A stretch of DNA of 64,000 bases from assembly GCA_036172245.1 (NCBI GenBank), contig JAYWIR010000029.1, forward strand, positions 1,364,001 to 1,428,000. The letters run 5' to 3'. Below are positions 49,220 to 59,849 of this stretch, in pieces; positions within the stretch are counted from its first letter, which is position 1; every line of letters starts with the position of its first letter. The notes under the pieces are model-generated. The model saw only the letters and a list, made by a program, of their open reading frames with translations. It was not told the origin of the DNA and searched no databases. This DNA comes from Raillietiella orientalis. Lineage: Eukaryota. The position numbers and the translations under genes were made by a program.

Positions 49220-52200
49220 CCGAGGTCAAAGAAGCCCAGGGTCGGCGAAACTCCGAAGATCAGAAGAAGAGCATGGGATTTGACCGCTCGCGAGTTGCAG
49301 GTTGATCCCGGATCCCTGGCTGCAGGCACGGGAAGCCCCGAGAAACACCCTTGGAAACTGCGACGTGTTCTTTGGGAGACTTTCACTGGAAAAACCGATG
49401 CTCGGGGAGAAAAAAGAAAAAGCTTCCGCCAGAATCGCGCGGCGGTTCCCCGAGCCGCAGTGGACAGGATGCTCTCAGAGTAGGGGAACCGGTCAGGCGA
49501 GGCCCGCACGATCCCGAAAGCTTGGAGGTGATCAGATGCGCGCCTCGCATGGCGGTGCATCCTTCCGAGAGGAGAATGAGCAAGAGGCGAAGGGTGACCG
49601 GTCACATCGATCCGGAGACTCTATTCCATCCTTGAGGTCGGGCAAGGATGTGCACTTCCGCAGTTCCCCCGAGGAACGTTTCCGTTGCGACGGGTCGCCA
49701 GCGACCCTCGAGAGACGTACAGCGACCCACAATCCTGCACACGGGCGGTTCTTGAATTTACAACGGTCAGTTTTTTTAAAAAAAAAAAATAAGCTCTTCT
49801 GTCGTAAGGAAAGAGTCGCCGATCTTGCTGTCGATTGGTCGACTCTCGGGTTGCCAGCTCTGGGGACGGGCTGAGGGGAAGATGAACAAAAGAGGCGGAG
49901 GAAGAAGCAGCATCTGTTAAGCATCGACGGCACCCATAAAGTCTGAATCAAAGCAATCGTGGAGAGGAAGAAAGAGGATGGCATCTCGAGATGAAACCTT
50001 AGCCATCAATTAACTTTCGATGGGACGACATCTCCTTCCAAAAAAAAAAAAAAAACTCCAAGAAAGCATCGAGGGCCGAACGGGGGAGGAGGGGGGAGGA
50101 AAGGGGAGAGGAAAAAAAAAAGGAAACGCCGCGGGGTCTGCGCGGGCTTGGATGGCTGCTTCACAGGAAGCGCACGAAAGCCAAGGCGAAAACGCGCCCG
50201 TCGGCACAGCAGGGATCGCCTCTTGCCGGCTCAGGGCGCCGCGTTTTCAGCTGGCGCGCTTGCGGACGCGCGAGCGCCGACTGCTTTCCTCGGCGGGCGG
50301 AGAGAGGATCGGCGCGTGCTGCTGCCCTCCTGGCACACTCTTGAAAAGAAAACGGCCTTGGTGTCGCAAGGAGCCGCAAGTACACGGAGCACACACGTCC
50401 GGGGGCCGCGGACGCGTTTCGGGTCCCCACCCGGAGCGGGAGAGCAGCCCAACCAGGTCGTCCGCCGGGGTGCGCGTCCCGGAGAGAAGAGGAAGGCGGA
50501 GGTGGCAGCACGAGTCCCGAGAGCCGGGGGCTCGTGCAGCCAACCAACTGCAGATAGAGGGGGAGGACCCGCGACAAACCCGTGACGGGGCTCGCGCGAC
50601 CACCGGGCCCGCCTTGACTCCATCCAGGAACGCACGCTCCTCGGGGCAAATCTTTCCACGGAGAATTCGAAATTCTGACCGGAGCGAATAAATTATTTTG
50701 GAGCTGTGCGGGCCGCTGCGCCAATGAGCGGGGAGCCGCGTTTCGAAACTCCTTCGAGATTCCCGGCAAGGCTGCCCGGACCCGCTTTTTTGACCGCCGC
50801 GGATGGTTCCGGTCGCCGTCGACCGGCTCGACGCGGGCATCCTCTCGGAGAGCCTCTGTGTCCTGCCTCCACCCAGACCTGGTTGAGGACGCCGGGAAGT
50901 TCCCCGGTTGGTGGCCGGTCTTCTTCTCCCAACCCTGCCTCCCTTCTTCCCTCGCCTTACAGAGGAGGATGGGAGATGGACCGCAAAGGAGCCGAGTCGC
51001 TGCTGCTCTCGCTGCAAGAGAGCCGAGCGCGGGCGACGGCAGGGGCGCACAGCGGAAGCCCATCGAGGCTCTCTGAAGAGATCTCTTATTCACTCCGAGG
51101 GGTTGGGACGGTTCAGGACCTCGAGGGGAGAGAGGATGGAGGAGTGACGACCTTGCTCGCAGACGCTGAGGGTCGGCTCGCCCTCAGGCGTCCACACCTT
51201 TCTGACCTCCGAGGGGCGGCGACTGACCGTATCGTGACCGAAGGCAAAGGGACGGGTCTCCCCTCAACCCTCCCCTCGGTTCTCTCGATTTGGGAAGAGC
51301 TCGGGAGAGCTGGCCTACCGGGAGAGAGGGAAGGAGTCGCTACGGCAACGTCGTATTTCCTCTCGATCATTCCCGGGGACGGAAGGCGGGGCTACCGCCA
51401 CCCTCACGCAAGCGGGGAGGGGGGAAGAGGACTTATCAGGGACTGAGAGGAGAGGCGGAAGGATGCGGCGGACGACTCCGCGCTCCCTCGTTGCCGAGGG
51501 AGCCTCCACAGCCAGCAGCGGCTTTTCCCCTCTCTGGAGCTCCCTCTTCCGGGTGCTCCATCCTTGCTGGGACCTTCGGTGGGAGTCCGGACGTGCGGGG
51601 GAAGGAGCGCCGGCCCCGACTTCTGCTTTCCGCTGTGTCATCCCGCGGACGCCTGTCGGCCCCGTCGGGTTTATTCTTGGATCGCCCTCACCTCGGGTGA
51701 GGCTTCGCTCAACGTCAGCGATGAGAAAGGGGGGGGATGTTGACACCTCGCGCGCTCTCCCCTTGTCGCCTGGAGGCCGGCGACACACCGATGGAGGGGA
51801 CCCGCCCGCCCCCGAAGCCCCGGGGATAGAGGGAAGGGGGTGCGAGAGGTCACCCCAGATCAGCTTCCAAAGGGGACCCGAGAAGTGAGAGCACGTGACC
51901 TCCCTCGTCTCCTGCCGGAGGAGCAGCGCGAAGGGATCGCTCACGCCGCGGGGACAGGACCAATGCATTCCTGGGGCGGGCGCCTCGGGGCTCCCGCCGT
52001 TGTGATTCTGCGATCCCCCGGAATGGACAGTCATTGCGTTTGGTCGATCTCTCCGGAGAGACGCCCCCCCTCCTTTCTCCTCTCTCCTCTCCGGGATCCT
52101 GGCAACGGCCGAGGTTGCAGCTTCCAGGAGCCCCGCGAACCGTCCGGGTGCATCCCAGAAGAAGATCCGAAGGGTCATCCGGTGACGTCTCCTTTGAGAC

Positions 52201-52700
52201 CCATGTGGACTCCCTTGTCTATCATCTTCCCCAGAGCCAGGGGTTAAAGCCTCCACTTCCTCTCCCATGAGACGATCTGGTGGCTACGTGAGGTGGCAGG
52301 GGAGACGGAAGAACTCGAAGGGAGCGGCATCCCTCAGGAAAGGCGGCAGGAGGGAAGGCAGATGGGATGGCTCTATGTTTCCTCCAGACGACCTCCGAAG
52401 GGGATGCGGAAGAGACCTTTGCATTCCAGCCGCCGTCATAGGGATATCTCCTGACATTCCTGTCCCTCGGGCAAACTCTCCGAATGGTTTCTTCCTGTCC
52501 TCTCAGGAGACTGCGGCTGGTTGCCTGATCTCCCCCTGACACCCTCAGCGGGGATGCAGACTGCTCTTCCTGCTCCCCTCCCTACGCTCTGGGAGACCCC
52601 ACTGAAACGCCGGCCGAGGTCCCGAAGCTCCTGGACCCGTCTCCATGGCAACCGGACGGCGAGTAAAAAGTTCCTCTACTCACTCGGGAATAGAACCGAG
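49220..52700. mobile_element. GC-rich L1/Tx1-type fragments: endonuclease (-, about 49220..49860), post-RT (+, about 50150..51080), RT (-, about 51100..52700)
   Basis: RASDHLQ (SDH); SGGRGRVSGP (GG.G+P); MTLRIFFWD, KLIWGDLSHPL (KA+D.+SH) and TRGEGDPRINP (RG+RQG.P+SP). Confidence 0.55.
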
Positions 52701-53390
52701 TTTCTCAAGTCATTAAGGATCCCTTCGCTGGCCAGCTCGCAACCCGCGAGGATGGGTGAGCGCGATGCATGGAGCAATCAGGAGCAACAGCGCCATTGCC
52801 TCCGTAGCCCCAGGCGACGCTGCCACTCCTTAGGAAGAGCGCGCACTCCCGCAGAAGGAGCCAGAGAAGGAAAAAAAATAGGAAGAAGAAGAAAAACAGC
52901 AGCTGCAGCAGCAGCGGAGAAGAGAAGAGAAAGAGGAAGGAGGGGGGGGGGGAAGCTTGAAAGAGGCGCGCCGCTGCCCAGCGCTGCCACCCATGGGAGA
53001 GAGAGAAGGGAGAGAGGAGGAGAAGCCAAGGAATTGATGGCACTACTCCCCAACCCTCGTCGAGGAGGAGAAGGGAGGATAAGGGGGGAGGGAAGTTAGG
53101 AAGGAGTTCGTGTGGGCTCCCAGCCTCGTTGCGGTCCGTCCCGGCACGTACAGCGAGCCGGGAGCGCCTGACAAGAGAGCGGAAGACGGCGGGGAGGAGA
53201 GGAAGTCAGGGAGATGACGAAGGCAAAGAAGAGGAGGAGGAGGTGGGGAGGAGGGGGAAAGGAGAGGGGGGAGGAGGAGGCCGTCCCGTTCCTCGCCGCC
53301 GCCTCCGCTCAGCACGCGTGTGAGCGCGTGCACTTTCCCTTGGCTCTTGAGCGAACCGGCCGAAGGTCTCGGCCGCACTTTCCCACGACG

Positions 53391-53425
53391 TATAAAAGCA
53401 GCGCCGCCCGCCGTATGCAGCAGTC
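53391..53425 (+). promoter_or_regulatory. Core promoter: TATA box (TATAAAAG, 53391..53398) and Inr-like GCAGTC (53420..53425)
   Basis: The A of CAGT (53422) is 31 nt after the first T of the TATA box, the canonical TATA-Inr spacing. The motif resembles the arthropod TCAGT initiator. Confidence 0.75.
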
Positions 53426-53520
53426 CGTCTGGCCACTCCGTCCACTCGAGCCTTCTTCCCCCAGCAGCAGCAGCAACAGCAGCAGAAGCAGAGACAGCCG
53501 CGCACGAATCCGACGGGAAG

Positions 53521-53550
53521 ATGCTGAACTTCGCTCTTAGCCTGACCGCG
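53521..53550 (+). CDS. Twdl: Coding exon 1 of the Tweedle/DUF243 gene (MLNFALSLTA)
   Basis: ATG with A at -3 (aagATG), 10 mostly hydrophobic codons, then the consensus donor GTGAGT. It lies about 100 nt downstream of the Inr-like site. Confidence 0.85.
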
Positions 53551-55012
53551 GTGAGTAGCAGCCGGGGCGGATTTTTTTTTTTTGTATGTGCATCGTGTGC
53601 GCCTCTTGGCCGCTAGGAGGCAGCGGCAGAGGCGGCGGAGGAGACAGCAGCAGCCTGCGCGCACGCGCGCGCGCACGCGAGCGGGCGGACAGGCACCTGC
53701 CAGCGGTCACGTCGCCTTTGTCTCACCCTTCTTCTTTGCGGTGGTGATCGGGATGGGCGCGGGAGAAAAGCGGGAGCCAGCTGCCAGCATCCCTTCCGCC
53801 ATGCGCCCTGGCGCTCTGGCCTCCGGTGAACCTGGCTGGGGAGGAGATGGTTCCATCTGGACGCCGACCGTGCACTCTCATTCTCTGCCCTCCACCACAC
53901 CCGTCCGCAAGCGGGTGGATGGGCTCACTGAAACGGAGGAAGGTGGAGGAAGGGAGGAATGAACCAGCCCCTCCACCTCCCGGAAGGAGAGCAGAAACCC
54001 TCGACATCTCGAATCTCTGTCCCTGATTCCGTGCGCTGCCTCTGCCGCTGCTGCTGCTGCTGCTGCAGATGATGATGATGACGCACGCGTCTCGTTTCCT
54101 TCTTTCCAGCTTCTGAGCATCTGCTCTCAGCTGAGCGAGTCTGCGCCACAGCTCCTGAACGATCTGGAGGGGGATCAGGAGAAGATCCACAAGCACATCT
54201 TCGTCCACGTGGCTCCGGACGAGGAAGAGGAGCCCATGATCCTCCGGCCAGAGATCGACCAGAAGAGGGAGACTCACTACAAGATCCTCTTCATCAAGGC
54301 ACCCGCCCCTGCAACGCCAACCCTCGAGCTCCCTGCGATCCCCGCCGGCCCGGATGTGAAGACCCTCGTCTACGTGCTACAGCCGAAACACAAGCCGCTG
54401 CAGGTGCCGAAGATCTCCTACGCCACCACGCAGAAGCCGGCGGCCCCCCAAGTGTTCTTCCTCAAGTACAACTCTGGAGGCCCTGCCGCGGCCGGGGCCC
54501 CCAGACCGCCCGTCCCCGTCTTCGAGGACCGCATCGTCGACGTCAGGAGCGGCGGCGCCCCCTCCCGCGTCGCCCCTGCCCCCGCCCCCCAGGCCTTCGC
54601 CGAAGACGAGGCGGCGGCGGCGACCACTGCCTTCCCAGACGCCGGCCTCGAGCTCGTCGCCGCTCCGCGGGAGGATGCCACGGCTGGCGAGGAGGACTTC
54701 TCGGTGGTCTCTGGTGCCGAGGAGGCGCGCGGCGACAATGCTGTGGACCAGTCTTCCGCCGAGGGGTCCGCGGCTCGCGGAGCAGAGGACGAGGCTCCCA
54801 GCGCTCAGGACGTGGCGTCGGAGACCAGGAGAAGGGCTCTCTTCGTCTCGGGCAGGGATCTCCCCAACTTCGAGATCATCCGCACCCGGGGGAACTCCCG
54901 ATCCCTACCGATCCCGATCCCCAGTCAGGAGCTGCTCCAGAACTTCCAGGAGAACATCTTCGCTCCCTCCCAGAGGCAGTTCCGCTTCGTCCCCATGTTC
55001 CCCGGATACTGA
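53521..55012 (+). CDS. Twdl: Tweedle/DUF243-family secreted cuticular protein, two coding exons join(53521..53550,54110..55012), 310 aa
   Basis: The spliced protein starts MLNFALSLTA|LLSICSQLSESAP (signal-peptide-like). It has all four Tweedle/DUF243 blocks in order: KIHKHIFVHVAP, THYKILFIKAP, KTLVYVLQPK, PQVFFLKY. The intron is phase 0: GTGAGT at 53551 to tttccttctttccAG ending at 54109. Exon 2 is in frame with the tracked ORF 54209..55012. The symbol is the family name only; the orthologue is not determined. Confidence 0.92.
54110..55012 (+). CDS. Twdl: Coding exon 2 of the Tweedle/DUF243 gene (DUF243 domain plus Ala/Glu-rich C-terminal extension)
   Basis: Pyrimidine tract and CAG acceptor ending at 54109. 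The frame is open for 903 nt to TGA, with strong G/C third-position bias and the DUF243 motifs. Confidence 0.92.
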   Translation, partial: LLSICSQLSESAPQLLNDLEGDQEKIHKHIFVHVAPDEEEEPMILRPEIDQKRETHYKILFIKAPAPATPTLELPAIPAGPDVKTLVYVLQPKHKPLQVPKISYATTQKPAAPQVFFLKYNSGGPAAAGAPRPPVPVFEDRIVDVRSGGAPSRVAPAPAPQAFAEDEAAAATTAFPDAGLELVAAPREDATAGEEDFSVVSGAEEARGDNAVDQSSAEGSAARGAEDEAPSAQDVASETRRRALFVSGRDLPNFEIIRTRGNSRSLPIPIPSQELLQNFQENIFAPSQRQFRFVPMFPGY

Positions 55013-55178
55013 GGGCCACTGGCCTCTTGGGCTGGTCCCGAAGCGAGCCTCCCTTTCCTTCCTCTCCCTCTCCTTGTAAACCCGCTGGCCAAGGCCACCA
55101 CCCGCTTCCGGTCGCAAGTGACCCCTCTCCCCCCCCGGGAAGAGCGCACCGGGACGGACCGCACCGCGGAAGGCAAAG

Positions 55179-55184
55179 AATAAA
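55179..55184 (+). terminator. Polyadenylation signal AATAAA of the Tweedle gene
   Basis: First AATAAA seen after the stop codon, about 165 nt downstream, in otherwise GC-rich sequence. Confidence 0.7.
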
Positions 55185-55499
55185 GTATTGGAAAAAGACG
55201 GAAAGGAAGGCAGCGATCTGGCGTGTCCCCGCTGCAGGTCGAAGGTCAAAGGGTTGGGTTGGACACGGGGAGGAAGGCGCCCAAAGCTAAGCCAGCCCCC
55301 TTTGACGACAACAGGGGATCAGGGAGATACCCTGCCTGTCCTCCGAGCGGCGGCTGCTGGAGCCATCTCTCCAGAAATCTCTCCGGACGGTAGACCCCTC
55401 CCATGGGTGGCGAGTGACCCAGTCGACAATGCTCTCGCGCGCCACAAGACGCGCCTCCGGCCGAGATAGTCGCCGCGGTGATCTTCCGCTTTCCTCTCC

Positions 55500-56902
55500 T
55501 GGGAAGAAGGAAAGAGGGGAGGAAGGAACGGGAAGGGCTTTAGAGGGAGGGGGTGGAGACTTCCAGGAGGAATCGAAGAGGAGGAAGGGGAGACAGGGAT
55601 CGGAGATGAGACCGCGATCTCCGCGGAGACGCGTCCCCGCGCGCCAGTTTACGACGTCCAGGGAGGAGGGTCGCCCCTCTCACTTCCTCCTCTTCCCCCC
55701 AAAATGGAAAAGTGCAGGGAGGAAGAAGACCGAGGCAACGGCGGCTCTCTCCGAGGGCGGCACCACGCGTGCAGTCCTGACGTCTTCTCCACCCCCTCTC
55801 TTCCTGCGGACGGGCCTCGCTGCAGCCTCTGCAGCAGCTCGTGCGCGCGTCGAGGGGAGTGCCCGAACGGGAGAGGAGGGTGGAGGAGAGGGCGCTCCGG
55901 TCGGTCGCGTGGGAGGCGGCGCTGAGAGGAGCCGACGCGGCCGGGTGTCGTCTCCGCCCCCTGGACCGCCGCCGCCGCCGCTGGGGAGGTGACTTCCTGC
56001 CCGTGTTGCGTCAGCCGACACCACCTCGTCTTCCCCCCCCCCCCCCCCCCTTCCTACTCCCGCTGTGGCGGTTGGAGACATCGGGTGGGTGCGCAATTGA
56101 CATCCTACGGGGACGCGCCGGACCTTCCCGCCGCTTCCCCAGAGCAGGCAGGAGAGGATGGGGGGAGGCAACCCCCCTCTGGAGGGAAGGATTCGCCCTG
56201 GTCGAGGTCGCAGAGCTCGGCTGCGGGAGCCCGACGAGTCCGTCGACGTCGTCGAACGCGAACGCCCGCCGCCCACGCGTTGGGGCAGGGGGAGGAGACA
56301 GGAGAATGCCCTTTTCCCGTTCGACATCGCTCCCGGAACCACGCCGGCGTCCGCCACCACCCACACTGCCGGGTGCAAGGGAAGGTTAGCCGGGAGGGTC
56401 CTGCGCGCGCCGCTGCCGCCACCCACCAGGGCGCCGCTTGCCTGGAAGACCTCATGCCGTTCCGGGTCGCTCGTCTGTCTCTTCTTCCCTCCCTGAGGCA
56501 TAGAAGAGGCATCGACGACGGTGGCCCACTGGGCCACAGCTCCAGAGAGAGAGCCAAAAAAAAACGCTTGAATTCAATCCGCCTTCCCCCCCCACCCCCC
56601 ACCTTGTGACATCTGGAGCCGTTGGCTCGCCGTATCACGGCAGATGCGCAGCATCTGTGACGCCTTTCGGACGGAAAACGGAACTTCCGCTCTCGCCTTC
56701 GGAAGCCGCCACTCCGGAAGGCTCTTCTGCTTTCCGCCTTCCATTTCTCAGGATGTTCCCGGAGTACTGACCTTCCGGCGATGCAAAGCTCCAAGTTGCA
56801 GAGAAGCTGAAGGAGTGCCTTTGGCTTTTTTTTTTTGTTTTTTAGAAGAAAAAAAAGAAAGAAAGAAAAAGAAAACAAGCGGAAAAAGGAGAGAAAGCAA
56901 GG
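55500..56902 (-). mobile_element. LINE putative 5' UTR plus ORF1-like remnant
   Basis: SNGKRAFSCLLPLPQRVGGGR resembles the Tx1-type ORF1 segment NG.R...+..LP..+.+GG that precedes the zinc knuckle. It follows a 113-bp motif repeated at 59008..59120. Confidence 0.5.
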
Positions 56903-59120
56903 AGAGGAGGAAGGAGAGGCGGGGAGTGAGGGGGGAGGAGAGAATCCGTGGCAACCCGTTACCCGACAGGCGTTTTCAACACGTTGCAGAGAGCAACGCG
57001 AGCTCCTCCTAACGTTCGGGCACCCGACAGGGAAACGAGAAGCGGGGTGTCCGCTCTCCGAGTTGGACTCGGCGCCTGCCGCCATCTCTTAGGAGGCGGA
57101 GGAACTCGAGCGCGAAACTAGAGAGCGTGGGGATCACATTGCTCCCCGAAAGCGTCGGGAATCTCGTTTCGGAACGAACTGTTAGGCGAAGATCGAAAAT
57201 CGATTCGCAGACGGTGCTGGAGAAGAGTTCCTGAGACTTGGATTGCTCCCCAGGAAGGAACGAAGGAGAGAAGGGATGGATGGGGTGCGAGCATCTTCAC
57301 AGGATCCGGTGGACGAGGTAGTGGACAACGAATTTCTCTCTCATCCCTGCGATTCGGTCCATGATTTTTCCGGGCCTGTCTCGATTTCAGGAGGAGGTGA
57401 TCTGGATGAAGGGGCCTGCTCTCTTGAAAGAATACTCCATAGATTCAATGCCATTGGCATTGTTGTTTTTTAGAGTGAGGCCTTTGGCTTCAGGGAAGGG
57501 GTTCGGTAAACATCAAGCAGGCGTAGTGCTTCCGATGCAAGAAGACTGCACCTGATAATCTTCCGCGAAAGTCACGCCCTCTCACGAACCTCTCAGTGAA
57601 CCTCCGACTGCACGGCGGACGGGCATTGCCCGATGCGGTAGAGCGCGAACTCGAAGGCAAAGAGCACCTTGCTGACCGGGTTCCCGGCTTCTGCACAGCG
57701 CCCATGCTGAGTGTCGGCATCCTCCACCCTCGTATCAGCGATCGTTATGCCTCGTGAAACCCATAGGTCGCTCTCTCAGCGTGCCGTCCCTCCGCGAAGG
57801 CGTTCATCGGGAACGAGGAGAGTCACCGGCTACCATAGCGGGGAATCTTCGCACCCGATCCTCCCACTCCAGGGTCGGCCAGCCAGGGGGCTCCCATGCC
57901 GCCCGTTTCCCCCCTCTTCCTTCTTCGTCACGGAACACCTCCGTCTTTCACAGTTCTCCCCGAGCGCACCGGTGCCCGTGACCTTCCTCATCCCAGACGT
58001 CCTTCGGATGCGTCAGGCCATCAGAGTTCCAAGAGATTCCCGTTGCGCTCCTGCTTTTCCCTCGGGAAAGCTCCGAGTTTCAGGAACCTCCTCTCAGCTT
58101 CAGGACTTCCCCGCTCCCCGCGAAACACTGGTGCTGGGTGTTCCGACACTTCCGGGATGTTTCGGGAGAATCTCGGGCTGCCTACAGGAAAACGGCGTGC
58201 AGGTCATCAGGAAGAGACCCACGCCCGCACAACATCCGATGGTCGTGTGGGGTTCGGGTGCGGCTCGAGAGCGGAGGCCGCCTCAAAGACGCTGCCGCAG
58301 CCCTCGTCTGCTTTGAGTTCAATAGAAAAGACTCCTGCTTGTCTGTGACCGGAGCTCCAGGGGTAAGGAGGAACGACAACAATGGTGGTTCCTATGGCCA
58401 GAAGGCGTCAAACGGAGCAGATATGGGAGAGTGGACCCTTCTCGTCCAAAGGCATGACAACGTCAGTGGGAGCAGCAGGAGGCGCACGTCTGGAATGGTG
58501 CTCTCCGCACCCGAAACTTATGCTGGAAGCATTGGCTGGACCACCGTCCGCGGCGAAGCATCCTCCAGGGATCACAGACTTCCGGAGGATGTCATGGTGA
58601 TAACAGGTGGATCGAGGAGAGACGGAAGGATAGCTCAACTTTCTCCCTCTATCCCCTTTCCTGTCAGCATTCTTTGCGTGCGACGAAATGGGGACGAAAT
58701 TTAGGAAGGAATTTTGTTCCCGATTTTCTCGTGGAAGGAGGCGGGGGACGCTGGAACTTCGAACAGGCCACTGAACTTCCTCAGCAAAGGGATGAAGGCG
58801 TGGGCAAGTGCGCACCCCGGCAAAGAGCCCAAGTGCCGAACCGAACGGGTCGGCATCCCACGGATCGAAGATTCTTGCGGACGCGGCTCCAGGATCCAGA
58901 CCTGGTGCTGGAAGCCCCTGGAATACCCCTGGCTGGTCGCCTCCAAGATCGCTCGCGGCTGTCCTCGGTTCGGCAGTCTTTCGAGAGGACCGCGGTCGCG
59001 CGCGCACCCTTGCCGGCTCTCCCTTTTCCATCTGTTTTCTTTTTCTTTCTTTCTTTCTTTCCTTCTAAAAAACAGGAAAAAAAAGCCGAAGGCACTCCCT
59101 CAGCTTCTCTGCAGCTTGGA
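56790..59120. repeat. Imperfect 113-bp inverted repeat pair, 56790..56902 and 59008..59120
   Basis: tccaagttgcagagaagctgaaggagtgcctttggc... versus ...gccgaaggcactccctcagcttctctgcagcttgga, with matching A-rich / (TTTC)n tracts. Confidence 0.9.
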
Positions 59121-59600
59121 AGCCCAACCTTCCATCCATACAAAATCGTTAGAATGTGTGCTTGTCTGAAGTCTTGGAGCTCTGGGTGCGCGAGCGAGTG
59201 GGGCAGCGCTTGCTGGCAGCCTCTCCTTCTCCCTTGAGGTGCAGAATGGGCTCCGAGCTGACCGAAAAGTGTCGGTCAACTAGACGGGGTGCGATCAGAG
59301 GACACAGCGGATCGTCCATGTGTCTTTGGCTCGCAGGCCGAGCGCGCTGCAGCGAGTGGTCCATCCCCGGTGGGCACGCGATTCGCGCAACCGCCGCTTG
59401 TCCGGGAGGGCGAAAGAACGCGCGCAGCCGTCACCCGGGGCGAGGGCGACACGCGGCCCGCGGGTTCCTCCTTCCTTCCGTCGGGCGATCTCGCTCGGAC
59501 GCGGCCGTGCGAGAACCGCCAGCCGTTCGATTCCGGCGCGCGCCGCCGCCGACCAGCGGCTCCTTAGCGTTGGCACCTGCGCGCACGGCTTTTCTTCTGC
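57560..59600 (+). mobile_element. Plus-strand L1/Tx1-type fragments: RT (about 57560..58350), endonuclease (about 58350..59000), putative 5' UTR and ORF1 (about 59008..59600)
   Basis: GSASQGAPMPPVSPLFLL (R.VRQG.P+SP.LF); DGRIAQL and AGDAGTSN (GR++; GDFN); WSIPGGHAIRA...GRH (ORF1-like). Confidence 0.5.
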
Positions 59601-59849
59601 CTGAACCGCCTTGAAGTCGAGAGTTCTTTTGCGCGATTGCACAAGGATCCGTCTCGAGTTTTCAAACATCTGATGTAACTCGATTATCTGTTTCCTTCTC
59701 CGTGCGTATGCTCGCGCAATACGACAAGAGCAGCGTCTTGGTTCCTTTGGCACATTGTAATGATGCTGGGCAGCAGGAAGCTGCTTTTCGGCGTGGCGAT
59801 TCGAACGCTCGCGCATAAGTGAAAAAAAAAAAAAAATCGGAATCACCGC

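Noticed and set aside
51076..51087. 12-bp palindrome AAGAGATCTCTT
   Set aside because: Palindromes of this length are expected multiple times by chance in 64 kb.
54069..54109. Alternative acceptor (ctgcAG ending at 54068) or start at the ATG run in (GAT)n
   Set aside because: Out of frame with the DUF243 exon by 41 nt and lacks a pyrimidine tract.
54209..55012. Single-exon 267-aa gene starting at GTG, as in the ORF track
   Set aside because: It would cut the first Tweedle block and lack a signal peptide. The spliced model explains the promoter, donor and acceptor.
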